DNA of 37,392 nt from Geodermatophilaceae bacterium (GTDB lineage: Bacteria; Actinomycetota; Actinomycetes; Mycobacteriales; Geodermatophilaceae): the NCBI GenBank assembly GCA_013811805.1, contig JACCUM010000232.1:1-37392 (forward strand), given 5' to 3'. A program made the position numbers and the translations under genes. Below, in pieces: positions 1 to 9,543 of the stretch (positions are counted from its first letter, which is position 1; every line of letters begins with the position of its first letter). The notes below the pieces were generated by a model. That model was not told the DNA's origin. It made no database searches and saw only the letters and a program-made list of their open reading frames with translations.

Positions 1-744
1 TCGGATCCGGAGTCCTACATCCACCGGATCGGCAGGGTCGGACGGGCGGGGCGCGAGGGCGTGGCGGTCACGCTGGCCGAGCCCCGCGAGCACCGGATGC
101 TCAAGGCGATCGAGCGGATGACCAAGCAGCCGATCGTCATCGAGAAGGTCCCGACTGTCGCCGACCTGCGGGCTCGGCAGTTGGAGCTGACCCGCGCCGC
201 CCTGCACGAGAGCCTCCTGGACGACGACCTGGACTCCTATCGGGTTGTGGTCGAGACCCTCACCGATGAGTTCGACGTCGTGCAGGTGGCCCTGGCCGCG
301 GTCAAGCTGGCCCACGAGGCCAGTGCAGCGGCGACCGACGACGAGCACATCCCGCAGATCGCGGCACGTCCGATCAAGGAGATCCGCGGCCGGGCCCAGT
401 CGGCTGGCCGATTCGATGGCGCGGGCGGCGGGGAGTCCGGCGCCGGAGGTCGACCGGATTCCGCGCCTCGAGGTGGACGGCGTGGTGGCGCGTTCGAACC
501 GGGCATGGCTCGGCTGTTCGTGGGTGCTGGGCGGGTCGCGAAGATTCGGCCGAAGGACCTGGTCGGTGCCATTGCCAACGAGTCCCGGCTCAGCGGCCGA
601 GACATCGGGGCCATCGAGATCGCCGACCGCTTCTCCCTCGTCGAGGTGCCCGAGGACTCCGCCGACGAGGTCATCGCCGCACTGCGGGCAAGCACGATCA
701 AGGGCAAGAGCGTGCAGGTACGTCGGGATCGCGGCGGCCGCTGA
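1..744 (+). CDS. deaD: DEAD-box ATP-dependent RNA helicase, C-terminal part (5' end lies outside the window)
   Basis: Frame 1 is open from nt 1. SDPESYIHRIGRVGRAGREG matches helicase motif VI (HRIGRTGRAG). It is followed by a Gly/Arg-rich linker and a DbpA-type RNA-binding C-terminal domain (ARLFVGAGRVAKIRPKDLVGAI...IEIADRFSLVEVP). Stop TGA at 742-744. Confidence 0.9.
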   Translation, partial: SDPESYIHRIGRVGRAGREGVAVTLAEPREHRMLKAIERMTKQPIVIEKVPTVADLRARQLELTRAALHESLLDDDLDSYRVVVETLTDEFDVVQVALAAVKLAHEASAAATDDEHIPQIAARPIKEIRGRAQSAGRFDGAGGGESGAGGRPDSAPRGGRRGGAFEPGMARLFVGAGRVAKIRPKDLVGAIANESRLSGRDIGAIEIADRFSLVEVPEDSADEVIAALRASTIKGKSVQVRRDRGGR

Positions 745-757
745 ACCGCTCTCCGGG

Positions 758-817
758 ACTTTCTCCGGAGAAAGTCACTTCTGCGGCCGGTCAGACCGCA
801 CTTTCTCCGGAGAAAGT
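758..817. repeat. Two copies of a perfect 18-bp palindrome ACTTTCTCCGGAGAAAGT (758-775 and 800-817), 42 bp centre to centre
   Basis: Read directly from the sequence. Copy 1 extends to a 20-bp palindrome (757-776). The 19-nt string ACTTTCTCCGGAGAAAGTC is directly repeated at 758-776 and 800-818. The AT-rich arms stand out in a GC-rich context. Copy 1 fills the 30-nt gap between the convergent deaD and mobA stops, and copy 2 lies in the last codons of mobA. Confidence 0.9.
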
Positions 818-1428
818 CCGGTTTGTGTCCGGGTCCAGGTCCGGTGCGTGGCTCGCGCGCGGTCAAGGTCGGCCGGGGTGTCGACGTCGATCCACGGCGC
901 CGGCGCATCGCCGGTCGCGGGTAGCTCGATCCGGGTCACGTTGACCGCCCGGACGAGCTCGCCCATGGCCCGTCCGGGTAGCGGCGCAAGCCGAGCCAGG
1001 GCGGTGCGCAACGGCGCGACCCGCCAGGCCCCGAGCAGATACTGGTCACGACCGGACTGGTCAACCACGAGCGCCACATCGGCACCAGCGCTGCGGCCCA
1101 GTGCGGCTACGAGCCGATCGATGACCTCCGGAGCGAGAAAAGGTAGATCCGCGGCAACCACCACCACAGTGGGCGCCGAGATGTTGACTAAGCCGGCGCT
1201 CATCCCCGCGACCGGGCCCGAGCCGGCCGGCTGCTCCTGGATGACCAGGACCCCGTCAGCGACCGGCTGCGGGGGTCCGACGACGACTCGCGTACCGGCA
1301 CCACGTACGGCCAGCAGAACGTGCTCGAGCATCGTCGCCTCGCCGATGGTCAGCTGCGGCTTGGCCTGGCCCGACATCCGGCTGCTGCGTCCTCCGGCGA
1401 GCACGATCGCGTCGTAGCGGGCGGCCAT
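775..1428 (-). CDS. mobA: Molybdenum cofactor guanylyltransferase MobA
   Basis: 217-aa ORF. The N-terminal [14 protein letters not shown] nucleotide-binding loop and AADLPFL motif are typical of MobA/NTP-transferase proteins. It sits in a Moco gene neighbourhood. Confidence 0.85.
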   Translation of the reverse strand: MAARYDAIVLAGGRSSRMSGQAKPQLTIGEATMLEHVLLAVRGAGTRVVVGPPQPVADGVLVIQEQPAGSGPVAGMSAGLVNISAPTVVVVAADLPFLAPEVIDRLVAALGRSAGADVALVVDQSGRDQYLLGAWRVAPLRTALARLAPLPGRAMGELVRAVNVTRIELPATGDAPAPWIDVDTPADLDRARATHRTWTRTQTGLSPEKVRSDRPQK

Positions 1429-1488
1429 CCACGCAGGCTATCCGCGGCTCCGCCCGGAGGTCGGCGCCGCCGCACTAACCTTGAGGAC

Positions 1489-2310
1489 ATGGCTCGGCTG
1501 ACCAGCCGTCGGCCCGTGCTACGGGTCCGCGACGGCGCACGGGAGACCCGGCCCGACGTACTCGCCGCCGAGGAGCCACTCGAGATCCGGATCTCCGGCA
1601 CGCCGCTCGCTGTCACGATGCGCACGCCGGGAGCGGACTGGGACCTCGTCCACGGGTTCCTGGCCACCGAAGGCGTGATTCGCAGGTCCGAGGACATCCG
1701 GACGCTGAGGTATTGCGACAGCGTCGACGACACCGGGCGCAACACCTACAACGTCAGCGACGTCGAGCTCGCCGTAGGTGTCGCACCTCCCGACGCTTCG
1801 GTGACCCGGAATTTCTACACGACCAGTTCGTGCGGGATCTGTGGCAAGGCCAGCATCGATGCGGTCACCGTGGACTCGCCGTACGACCTGCACGCCGACC
1901 TGAACCCGGTGAGCCTGGACATCGTCCTCGGGCTGCCGGAGAAGCTGCGCGCGGCGCAGGACGTCTTCGACAGGACCGGGGGCCTGCACGCGGCCGGGAT
2001 CTTCACCTCCGCGGGGGAGTTGCTGGTCGTTCGCGAGGACGTCGGGCGGCACAACGCCGTCGACAAGGCGATCGGCGCCATGGTCCGCGAGGATCGGCTG
2101 CCGATGATCGGGTGCATCCTGATGGTCTCCGGGCGGGCATCGTTCGAGCTGACCCAGAAGGCACTGCTGGCCGGGATCCCGACGCTCGCGGCGGTCTCGG
2201 CGCCGTCGTCGCTGGCCGCCGACCTGGCCGACGAGGCCGGGATGACGCTGATCGCGTTCGTACGCGGCACCGGCTGCAATGTCTACACCGGACACTCCCG
2301 AATCACCTGA
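1489..2310 (+). CDS. fdhD: Formate dehydrogenase accessory sulfurtransferase FdhD
   Basis: Signatures [30 protein letters not shown] and SGRASFE are present. Start moved to ATG 1489 ([13 protein letters not shown]). The upstream part of the tracked ORF overlaps mobA on the opposite strand. Confidence 0.92.
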   Translation: MARLTSRRPVLRVRDGARETRPDVLAAEEPLEIRISGTPLAVTMRTPGADWDLVHGFLATEGVIRRSEDIRTLRYCDSVDDTGRNTYNVSDVELAVGVAPPDASVTRNFYTTSSCGICGKASIDAVTVDSPYDLHADLNPVSLDIVLGLPEKLRAAQDVFDRTGGLHAAGIFTSAGELLVVREDVGRHNAVDKAIGAMVREDRLPMIGCILMVSGRASFELTQKALLAGIPTLAAVSAPSSLAADLADEAGMTLIAFVRGTGCNVYTGHSRIT

Positions 2311-2489
2311 CGGAGCGCGACAGATGGCGGGGCCGGACATCCGGCGGGGTCGTAACCTGATGTCGCAGGTTTGCAGGGGACTCGCGCGGCGTGTTGTCGG
2401 CAAAGCTACGACACCTGGCGCAAGCACATCAGCAGGGCGGCCCGAGCGGGTCGGCGAGTTGAGTCGGCCACGGCCGGCCCGCCGGCGGG

Positions 2490-3047
2490 CTACTGCTGGT
2501 GATCGCCACCGCGGAGTTGGCTGACGATGTGCCCGAGCAGCGGCCCGAGCACGGCCAATCCGTCACGGACGCCTCCGGTCGAGCCGGGCAGATTCACCAC
2601 CAGCGAGCGGCCGGCCACCCCCGCGAGGCCGCGGGAGATCACCGCGTACGGCGTCTGGTCCTGCCCGTAGCGGCGCAGCGCCTCCGCCAGCCCCAGCACC
2701 TCACGGTCGAGCACCGGCGCGGTGGCCTCCGGGGTCACGTCGGTGGGTGACAACCCGGTGCCGCCGGTCGTCACGATCACCTCGGCGCCCGAGTTGACCG
2801 CAGCTCGGAGCGCGGCGGTGAGGGCAGCGGCATCGTCCGGCAACACTTCGGGCCCGCTCACGGTCAGACCGAGTTCGGCCAAGCCGGTGGCCAGCACCTG
2901 ACCACTGCGGTCCTCGTAGACCCCTGCACTGGCCCGATTCGACGCAGTGATCACGTGCGCTCGAACAAGTGGTACCGCTGGCGATTTCCCAGGCTGCTGG
3001 CCGCGATCGTCGTGCACACCCCCCTGGTCGGCCGAAAAATCATCCAT
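2490..3047 (-). CDS. moaB: Molybdenum cofactor biosynthesis protein MoaB/MogA family
   Basis: Contains ITASNRASAGVYEDRSG, VIVTTGGTGLSPTDVTPEAT and NLPGSTGG (MoCF_biosynth domain). ATG 3047 overlaps the moaC stop (ATGGATGA). The 14-bp palindrome GCCCGCCGGCGGGC (2477-2490) abuts the stop codon. Confidence 0.85.
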   Translation of the reverse strand: MDDFSADQGGVHDDRGQQPGKSPAVPLVRAHVITASNRASAGVYEDRSGQVLATGLAELGLTVSGPEVLPDDAAALTAALRAAVNSGAEVIVTTGGTGLSPTDVTPEATAPVLDREVLGLAEALRRYGQDQTPYAVISRGLAGVAGRSLVVNLPGSTGGVRDGLAVLGPLLGHIVSQLRGGDHQQ

Positions 3048-3534
3048 CGACTAGCCCTCCCTCTCGTGTCCAGTCGCCGGACTTTCCGCCGGTCTTGGTC
3101 AACAACTGCACACCCGCAATTTCGGCGGACTTGTCGACGGCCTTTACCATGTCGATCACGGTCAACGCGGCCACCGACACAGCGGTCAGCGCTTCCATCT
3201 CGACACCGGTACGGTCGGCCGTACGTACGGTCGCGGTGATCTCGACGCAGTCATCGGCGACACTCAGGTCAACCGAGACCCCGTGCAGCGCAAGGGGATG
3301 ACACAGCGGGATCAGTTCAGAGGTGCGCTTGGCACCCTGGATGCCGGCGATCCGGGCGGTAGCCAAGGCATCTCCCTTGGGGACGCCCTCGCCGCGCAAC
3401 AGCGCGACGACCTCGGCGCTGACCAGGACGCGCCCATACGCCGTCGCCGACCGTAGGGTCACCGCCTTGGCGGTCACGTCGACCATCCGCGCGGAACCGC
3501 GCTCGTCCAGGTGCGTCAGCCGTTGCTCGGTCAT
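3040..3534 (-). CDS. moaC: Cyclic pyranopterin monophosphate synthase MoaC
   Basis: MTEQRLTHLDERGSARMVDVTAK...IPLCHPL...RTGVEMEALTAVSVAALTVIDMVKAVDK is a classic MoaC sequence. Start ATG at 3534, directly after the moeA stop (3536-3538). Confidence 0.95.
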   Translation of the reverse strand: MTEQRLTHLDERGSARMVDVTAKAVTLRSATAYGRVLVSAEVVALLRGEGVPKGDALATARIAGIQGAKRTSELIPLCHPLALHGVSVDLSVADDCVEITATVRTADRTGVEMEALTAVSVAALTVIDMVKAVDKSAEIAGVQLLTKTGGKSGDWTREGGLVDG

Positions 3535-3535
3535 G

Positions 3536-4723
3536 TCAGATCCCTTCCAACAGCCAGACCTCGACGGTATCGCCGACGGCCATCTGTTCGGTGTCCTCGG
3601 GGATGACCACGAGGCAGTTGGCTCGGGCCAAGTGGGCGAGCAAATGCGAGCCGGGGCCACCTACCTGGCTGACGTTGCCGTCGGCGAAGAATCCGCGTAA
3701 GAACTGTCGCTTCCCGGCGGGTGAGGTGACATCGGCGACGAGTCTCGCCTCGATGCGGGGGCGGTCAACCGCCGGCAGGCGCATTGCCGTACGCAGGGCC
3801 GGGCGCAGGAACACCTCGAAGGACACGAAGGCGCTCACCGGGTTGCCGGGCAGGGTCACCACCGGCACATCGCCGACCCGCCCCCAGCCCTGGGGTCCAC
3901 CCGGTTGCATGGCGACCTTGGCGAAGGACACCGTGCCGAGGTCGGAGAAGGCGTCCTTGACAACTTCGTACGCGCCCGCGCTGACCCCTCCCGAGGTGAC
4001 CAGAAGGTCCGCGTCGGCGGTCTCACTTTCGACGGTGGCCAGGAACTCCTCTACGTCATCGGGCACGAAGTGCACTGCCCGGGCACTGCCGCCCGCGTCC
4101 TCGATGGCGGCGCATAACTGCACGCTGTTGGACTCGTAGATCTGGCCGGGCTGCAGGCTCTGACCCGGCTCGATCAACTCGCTACCGGTGGATAGGACGA
4201 CCACCCTCGGCCGGCGGTAGACCGGCAGCCCGGCGTGACCGATCGCGGCCGCGAGACCGAGCTGGGCCGGGTACAGCACCCGTCCGGCCGCCAGGGCGAC
4301 CTGTCCGGCGGCGATGTCCTCGCCGATCGAGCGGATGTGTGCCCCAGCCGTCGGCGCGGTATCGATCGTCACCCGATCCGTGCGGGCGTTTGTGTGTTCC
4401 ACCGGGACGATGGCGTCGGCCCCCGGCGGCAACAGAGCCCCAGTCATGATCCGTTGCGCCGTACCAGGTTCCAACGGGGACACCGACGTACGCCCCGCGG
4501 GGATGTCGTCGGCCACGCTCAGGGTCGTGGGTACCGCGGCGACGTCGGCCGCGCGTACGGCGTAGCCGTCCATGGCCGAGTTGTGAAAGGGGGGCAGCGC
4601 AGTGACCGAGGCAACATCCTGGGCCAGGACCAGGCCACGCGCCCGAGCCAGCGGAATGGTCTCCACCGGCATCAGGGGGAGCAGCGCGGCGATGGTGGCT
4701 CGGTGTTCCTCAACGGTGCGCAC
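3536..4723 (-). CDS. moeA: Molybdopterin molybdenumtransferase MoeA
   Basis: Contains PPFHNSAMDGYAVRAADV, MTGALLPPGADAIVPVE, VLSTGSEL, LVTSGGVSAGAYEVVKD and TLPGNPVSAFVSFEVF. Start placed at GTG 4723 (VRTVEEHRATI), matching the N-termini of actinobacterial MoeA proteins. The tracked ORF runs further upstream to 5128 without homology. Confidence 0.9.
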   Translation of the reverse strand: MRTVEEHRATIAALLPLMPVETIPLARARGLVLAQDVASVTALPPFHNSAMDGYAVRAADVAAVPTTLSVADDIPAGRTSVSPLEPGTAQRIMTGALLPPGADAIVPVEHTNARTDRVTIDTAPTAGAHIRSIGEDIAAGQVALAAGRVLYPAQLGLAAAIGHAGLPVYRRPRVVVLSTGSELIEPGQSLQPGQIYESNSVQLCAAIEDAGGSARAVHFVPDDVEEFLATVESETADADLLVTSGGVSAGAYEVVKDAFSDLGTVSFAKVAMQPGGPQGWGRVGDVPVVTLPGNPVSAFVSFEVFLRPALRTAMRLPAVDRPRIEARLVADVTSPAGKRQFLRGFFADGNVSQVGGPGSHLLAHLARANCLVVIPEDTEQMAVGDTVEVWLLEGI

Positions 4724-4802
4724 ATCCCGATCCTGCCTCAGTTGCCTCTGGCTTGCCTGTCGAGTCCAGCCCGAGCAGGCATGGATAGTTAGGCTGGCCG
4801 CG

Positions 4803-6020
4803 GTGAAGGTTGGCAGGGCGGTCCGTGCGTGCGCAGCGGCGCTGATCGTGATCGTCCTCAGCGGGTGTACGTCGGTCGTGACCGGCCAGGCAAGCCCGGC
4901 CCCGCTCGCCGAACAGGCGGCCGGGCCGACCACCGCCGACCCCATGCCCGCGCCGGAGGTCAGCGACGGCACCATCGCCGAGGCACATCGGATCGCCGGG
5001 GCAACGGTGCAGCCCGAGTTCGTCTTCAGCGAACTGGACAATTCTTGCCTGCCGACCTTCCCGGTGGTCTCGCCGGAGAATCTCGAGTTCACGATCTTCG
5101 CCGAAGGAACAGCGGCCGCGACGTACAAGACCTATGGGTTCGTGGCCGGCTGGGTCAGCTGCCGGAACGAGGTCGATGGGCCGCGTAGCGCGATCGCGTT
5201 TGCCGCGGAGATGTCGGATCCGGACTCCGCCGCCGTGGCCGCTGAGGAACTTGCGGCCGACTTCGTGGACATGAACGGCTCGGAGCGGGTCGAGGTACCC
5301 GGATTTGAAGGCCTGCCGGCCGTTTCCAGCACCGATGTGGTCAACGGCGAAGACAAGGTCACCCTCGAGGTCCTGCAGCCGGTCGGCCGCATGCTTGCCT
5401 ATCTGTATTACACCGATTCCCAACTCGACCGAGCACAGGAGGCTGTCGCTGAGTTGCTGGAGGAGCAGCGTCAACTTCTCGGAGACTTCGAACCGACTCC
5501 GCAGGCCGAGATCGCCGACGTCGAACCGGATCCGTACGACTTGGCCGGCCGTACCGCCGCACCGCCCGGGGAGCCGGACCTGTTCACCGGCAGCTTCGAC
5601 CTACCGGGCTATCTGCACCTGTCCATCGATCCGCGGGTCGAAGCTGAGCTGCTCCCCGAAAATGACTTCGTCGGGCTCTACAACCGCAGCAGCTATGACG
5701 AGGCCACCAACGCGAATTATCAGTTCCAGACCTACGAACTCGGGTCGTCTGCGCAGGCCGACGCCGTTCTGGCGGAGTTCACCAGGATCGAGCAGCAGGA
5801 ATTCACCGATCGGGTGATTTTCACCCTCCCGGAGGATCCGACGATCCCGTGCTACTACATCCCAGCCACTCAGGAAGGTGGTCAGACGTATCAACGCTGC
5901 TACAGCAGGGTCGGGCCCTATCTCGGACTGACCGACGTGTCCGCGGTCACCGACCCCGCGGACATCGCGGCAGTCAGCGGCTACGTCCAGGAGCAGATCG
6001 GCCTGATGGGCGCCCCCTGA
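4803..6020 (+). CDS. Putative secreted lipoprotein, unknown function
   Basis: GTG 4803 gives VKVGRAVRACAAALIVIVLSGCTS, i.e. a positive n-region, a hydrophobic core and a lipobox L-S-G-C. The mature protein is acidic with four further Cys residues. I recognise no domain. The start is an inference. Confidence 0.7.
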   Translation: MKVGRAVRACAAALIVIVLSGCTSVVTGQASPAPLAEQAAGPTTADPMPAPEVSDGTIAEAHRIAGATVQPEFVFSELDNSCLPTFPVVSPENLEFTIFAEGTAAATYKTYGFVAGWVSCRNEVDGPRSAIAFAAEMSDPDSAAVAAEELAADFVDMNGSERVEVPGFEGLPAVSSTDVVNGEDKVTLEVLQPVGRMLAYLYYTDSQLDRAQEAVAELLEEQRQLLGDFEPTPQAEIADVEPDPYDLAGRTAAPPGEPDLFTGSFDLPGYLHLSIDPRVEAELLPENDFVGLYNRSSYDEATNANYQFQTYELGSSAQADAVLAEFTRIEQQEFTDRVIFTLPEDPTIPCYYIPATQEGGQTYQRCYSRVGPYLGLTDVSAVTDPADIAAVSGYVQEQIGLMGAP

Positions 6021-6208
6021 CGGGCGAGCGCATGTGGGCGTACCGGCCACCCGGCTTTGCCGGGACACCGAACAGCCGGTATCGTCGTCGGTTGGCGCAC
6101 GAGCCACCGAGTCGGTGCAGCCGCGTCAGAGACCACGTGTGATCCGTCGGCGCTTTCGGGCGTGTGCAGCGCGGACCAGCATGAATGACAGAGAAAGAAG
6201 GCAGGACC

Positions 6209-6652
6209 GTGCGCACGTACAGCCCCCGACCTGGCGAGGTCGATCGCCACTGGCACGTCATCGATGCCACCGACGTCGTCCTCGGGCGGCTGGCCAGCCA
6301 GGTCGCTGTGCTGTTGCGCGGCAAGCACAAGCCTGAGTTCGCCCCGCACGTCGACACCGGCGATTTCGTGGTCGTCATCAACGCCAGCAAGATCGCCCTG
6401 ACCGGCAACAAGCGAACCGACAAGATCGTCTACCGGCACTCCGGCTATCCCGGTGGCCTTCGGCAGCGTCCGGTCGGCGAGCTGCTCGCTTTCCGCCCGG
6501 AGCGGGTCATCGAGACGGCCGTCAAGGGCATGCTGCCGCACAACACGCTCGGTCGGAAGATGCTCACCAAGCTCAAGGTGTACGGCGGTCCGACTCACCC
6601 GCACACCGCTCAGACGCCCGAACCCTTCGAGATCAAGCAGGTTGCCCAGTGA
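6209..6652 (+). CDS. rplM: 50S ribosomal protein L13
   Basis: [20 protein letters not shown]...[22 protein letters not shown]...[12 protein letters not shown] 6209 is preceded by a purine-rich GAAAGAAGGCAGG. The stop overlaps the rpsI start (GTGA). Confidence 0.97.
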   Translation: MRTYSPRPGEVDRHWHVIDATDVVLGRLASQVAVLLRGKHKPEFAPHVDTGDFVVVINASKIALTGNKRTDKIVYRHSGYPGGLRQRPVGELLAFRPERVIETAVKGMLPHNTLGRKMLTKLKVYGGPTHPHTAQTPEPFEIKQVAQ

Positions 6653-7053
6653 CCGCCGTACTCACCGACAAGCCGGTCCAGACCGTCGGCCGCCGCAAGC
6701 AGGCGATCGTACGAGTCCGCCTCGTGCCCGGCACGGGACAGTTCAAGCTGAACGGCCGCACCTTGAGCGAGTACTTCCCGAACAAGCTGCACCAGCAGCT
6801 CATCCGCGAGCCGTTGGTCACCTTGGACCGGGTCGGTAGCTACGACATCGTGGCGCTGCTGCACGGCGGCGGCGTCACCGGTCAGGCCGGTGCCTTGCGC
6901 CTGGCCATCGCCCGGGCGCTGGTCGTGCTGGACGAGGACGACCGCGCGGTGCTGCGCAAGGCCGGCTTCATGACGCGTGACCCGCGGGCCAAGGAGCGCA
7001 AGAAGTACGGCCTGAAGAAGGCCCGCAAGGCGCCTCAGTACTCCAAGCGCTGA
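6649..7053 (+). CDS. rpsI: 30S ribosomal protein S9
   Basis: [19 protein letters not shown]...[19 protein letters not shown]...[26 protein letters not shown]. Confidence 0.97.
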   Translation: MTAVLTDKPVQTVGRRKQAIVRVRLVPGTGQFKLNGRTLSEYFPNKLHQQLIREPLVTLDRVGSYDIVALLHGGGVTGQAGALRLAIARALVVLDEDDRAVLRKAGFMTRDPRAKERKKYGLKKARKAPQYSKR

Positions 7054-7070
7054 CCTCGGTGCCGCCGCCG

Positions 7071-8447
7071 ATGGGTCGGCTGTTCGGTACCGACGGTGTC
7101 CGGGGACTGGCCAACGGCGATCTCACCCCCGAGCTAGCACTTTCCGTCGCCGTGGCAGCGGCCGAGGTTCTCACTGGCGAGAAGTCAGCGGGCTCCCCCA
7201 ACTCTGCACCCTCGGCCGGGTCTGCGCACCGCCGGTTGGCGCTGGTTGGCTCCGATTCTCGCGCAAGCGGGGAGATGCTCGAAGCCGCTGTGGTTGCGGG
7301 CCTGAGTAGTGCCGGTGTCGACGTGCTCCGCTGTGGCGTCATTCCCACGCCAGGACTTGCCTTTCTCACGGCCGACTCCGGAGCCGAACTGAGCGTGATG
7401 CTCTCGGCCAGTCACAATCCGATGCCCGACAACGGCATCAAGCTGTTCACCCGCGGGGGGCACAAGCTCTCCGACGAGCTCGAGGAGATCATCGAGGCTC
7501 GAGTCCGGCGGGGTCCGACGGATCGGGAACGGCCGGTCGGCGCCGACGTGGGCAGGGTGCACGACGATGTGTTGGGTGCGGCGCGGTACCGCGAGCATCT
7601 GCTCGCAGCGCTTCCCCATCGCCTCGACGGGCTGACCCTGGTGGTGGACTGCGCCAACGGCGCTGCTTCCTCCCACGCGCCGAGGGTGTACACCGACGCC
7701 GGCGCGACCGTGCACACCATCGGTGATGCCCCGGACGGCCTGAACATCAACGACGGCTGCGGCTCCACCCACCTGGGCCCGCTGCAAGAGGCGGTCGTCG
7801 AGTTCGGGGCCGACTTGGGAATCGCACACGACGGTGATGCCGATCGCTGCCTTGCCGTCGACGCCGACGGTCAGATCGTGGACGGTGACTCGATTCTCGC
7901 CGTGTGCGCGATAGCGCTGCAGGAAGCCGGCCGCCTCGCCCAGGACACCGTCGTGGCCACAGTGATGAGCAATCTCGGATTCGGCAAGGCCATGGCCGCA
8001 GCCGGCATCTCGGTCCTGACCACAGACGTCGGCGACCGATATGTACTGGACGCACTCCGTGCCAAGAGCCTCTCCCTCGGCGGGGAACAGAGTGGGCACA
8101 TCATCTTCTCCGAGCACGCCACTACCGGCGACGGTTTGCTCACCGCTCTGATGCTCGCCGGCCGGATGGCAGCGACCAGGCAGAGCGCTGCCGAACTGGC
8201 CTCCGTGGTGACCCGACTGCCGCAGATCTTGCTCAACGTGGCCGTCTCTGACCGCAGCGCCGTGGCCGAGTCCGATGCCGTGACCGACGCCGTCCGGGTC
8301 GCCGAGGACGAACTCGGAGACACCGGCCGGGTGCTGTTGCGGCCTTCCGGAACGGAGCACCTGGTCCGCGTTATGGTCGAGGCACCGACACAGGAGCAAG
8401 CCGATGCGGTCGCCCAGCGCTTGGCCGCCGTTGTTGCCGCCAGCTGA
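7071..8447 (+). CDS. glmM: Phosphoglucosamine mutase
   Basis: [17 protein letters not shown]-terminus, the active-site loop [22 protein letters not shown] and GGEQSGH. Start taken at ATG 7071 rather than the tracked GTG 7059. Confidence 0.95.
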   Translation: MGRLFGTDGVRGLANGDLTPELALSVAVAAAEVLTGEKSAGSPNSAPSAGSAHRRLALVGSDSRASGEMLEAAVVAGLSSAGVDVLRCGVIPTPGLAFLTADSGAELSVMLSASHNPMPDNGIKLFTRGGHKLSDELEEIIEARVRRGPTDRERPVGADVGRVHDDVLGAARYREHLLAALPHRLDGLTLVVDCANGAASSHAPRVYTDAGATVHTIGDAPDGLNINDGCGSTHLGPLQEAVVEFGADLGIAHDGDADRCLAVDADGQIVDGDSILAVCAIALQEAGRLAQDTVVATVMSNLGFGKAMAAAGISVLTTDVGDRYVLDALRAKSLSLGGEQSGHIIFSEHATTGDGLLTALMLAGRMAATRQSAAELASVVTRLPQILLNVAVSDRSAVAESDAVTDAVRVAEDELGDTGRVLLRPSGTEHLVRVMVEAPTQEQADAVAQRLAAVVAAS

Positions 8448-8505
8448 CTCTCCGGGTCATGCGCAAACCATGGATGCAGCGTCGGGCCCTGCCGGGTGCT
8501 GATTG

Positions 8506-8574
8506 GTGATCTTGACCTTATGGTGGCGACACGCCGACGCAGCGCTCGGAAAACCACCAGAAGGTCAAGATCAC
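8506..8574. repeat. Imperfect inverted repeat with 21-nt arms (one mismatch) and a 27-nt spacer, between the convergent glmM and DM13 genes; possible bidirectional U-tail-less terminator
   Basis: Left arm GTGATCTTGACCTTaTGGTGG (8506-8526) against right arm CCACCAgAAGGTCAAGATCAC (8554-8574). The arms are visibly AT-richer than the surrounding sequence. No U-tract follows on either strand. Confidence 0.7.
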
Positions 8575-8604
8575 GAGGTTGGGGCATGACCGACGCGACC
8601 TTGG

Positions 8605-9480
8605 TCAGATAGTGGCGTTGGCCACCGGTACGGCGAAGACCTCACACCAGATCAGGACGGTGACCGGGTCACCACCGCCAGGAAGAACGCCGGACGGGAT
8701 CTCGTAGTTCTGATCGCCGACGGTTCCCTTCAGGTCGCCCAGCAGTGTGCCGCCTTCAGGGACGGACACGTTCGCACCGGAGACCACGTACACGTCGTAA
8801 TCCGGTCCGGACTCGACGGAGAACTGCTCGAACCGGACTAGCAGCGACCCGTCCTCGAGCTGGATCAGCCTGGCCACGCCGGCGGCGTCATGATCGATGC
8901 CGACGAATTGGGCCGTGCCGACCTCGACCGGGCCGGCTGGTGGGGGAGGAGGTGGTGGCGCCGGCGACGAGCTCACCGGTGGGGCCGAGCTTGCCGGCGG
9001 GGCGGAGCCGGTGCTCTCGTCGGGTGCCGTCGAGGCTGAGGGCGCCGCGACGGCGTCCAAACCTTCGGGGGCGGCTTCGTTCACTGAAGATGACACGTAG
9101 GACGGCAGCACGGCGATTACCACTGCGGCGACCAGCGGCACGAGCCCGGCCAACTGGCCGGCCCAGCCGCGCCGGGTCAACCGCGCAACACCGACGAGCG
9201 CGGCCACGGTGAGCACCCCGGCGGCGATCCCGAACCCGACCGCTTTCCAGCTTTCGGCGCCGGAGACGACCGCACCCACGTGGGTGACGGCCCAGAAGGT
9301 GACGAAGGCACCGATCAGGAGGTACGGGATCCAGCCCCATCGCGGCCAGCGAACCCGAGCCGTGGTCGTACCGGTGCGGCTATCCGACGCGTCAACCGAC
9401 CGTTCGTCGGTGGCACGTGACGAGGTCGGTACCTGGGACGTACCGGCTTGGTCCTCGATGGGGGTGGAGTGCCTGGTCAC
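8605..9480 (-). CDS. Membrane-anchored DM13 domain protein
   Basis: Three predicted TM helices are followed by a Pro/Ser/Ala linker including PPPPPPP. The C-terminal domain GTAQFVGIDHDAAGVARLIQLEDGSLLVRFEQFSVESGPDYDVYVV...LGDLKGTVGDQNYEIP...VLIWCEVFAVPVA has the DM13 pattern. Confidence 0.75.
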   Translation of the reverse strand: MTRHSTPIEDQAGTSQVPTSSRATDERSVDASDSRTGTTTARVRWPRWGWIPYLLIGAFVTFWAVTHVGAVVSGAESWKAVGFGIAAGVLTVAALVGVARLTRRGWAGQLAGLVPLVAAVVIAVLPSYVSSSVNEAAPEGLDAVAAPSASTAPDESTGSAPPASSAPPVSSSPAPPPPPPPAGPVEVGTAQFVGIDHDAAGVARLIQLEDGSLLVRFEQFSVESGPDYDVYVVSGANVSVPEGGTLLGDLKGTVGDQNYEIPSGVLPGGGDPVTVLIWCEVFAVPVANATI

Positions 9481-9543
9481 CGGATGAGCGTCCCACGGCC
9501 AGGAGCGCGAAGCGGTGACGTGTTGGTGACTACCCTGGGTCGC

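Noticed and set aside
4724-5128. Long N-terminal extension of the moeA ORF (tracked start 5128).
   Set aside because: The extension has no MoeA homology and overlaps the lipoprotein gene on the other strand. The conserved N-terminus begins at GTG 4723.
9481-9543. Possible glmS ribozyme or riboswitch upstream of glmS.
   Set aside because: Only about 63 nt separate the divergent DM13 gene start from glmS, far too short for the glmS ribozyme. As far as I know, the ribozyme is a Firmicutes/Deinococcus feature, not an actinobacterial one.
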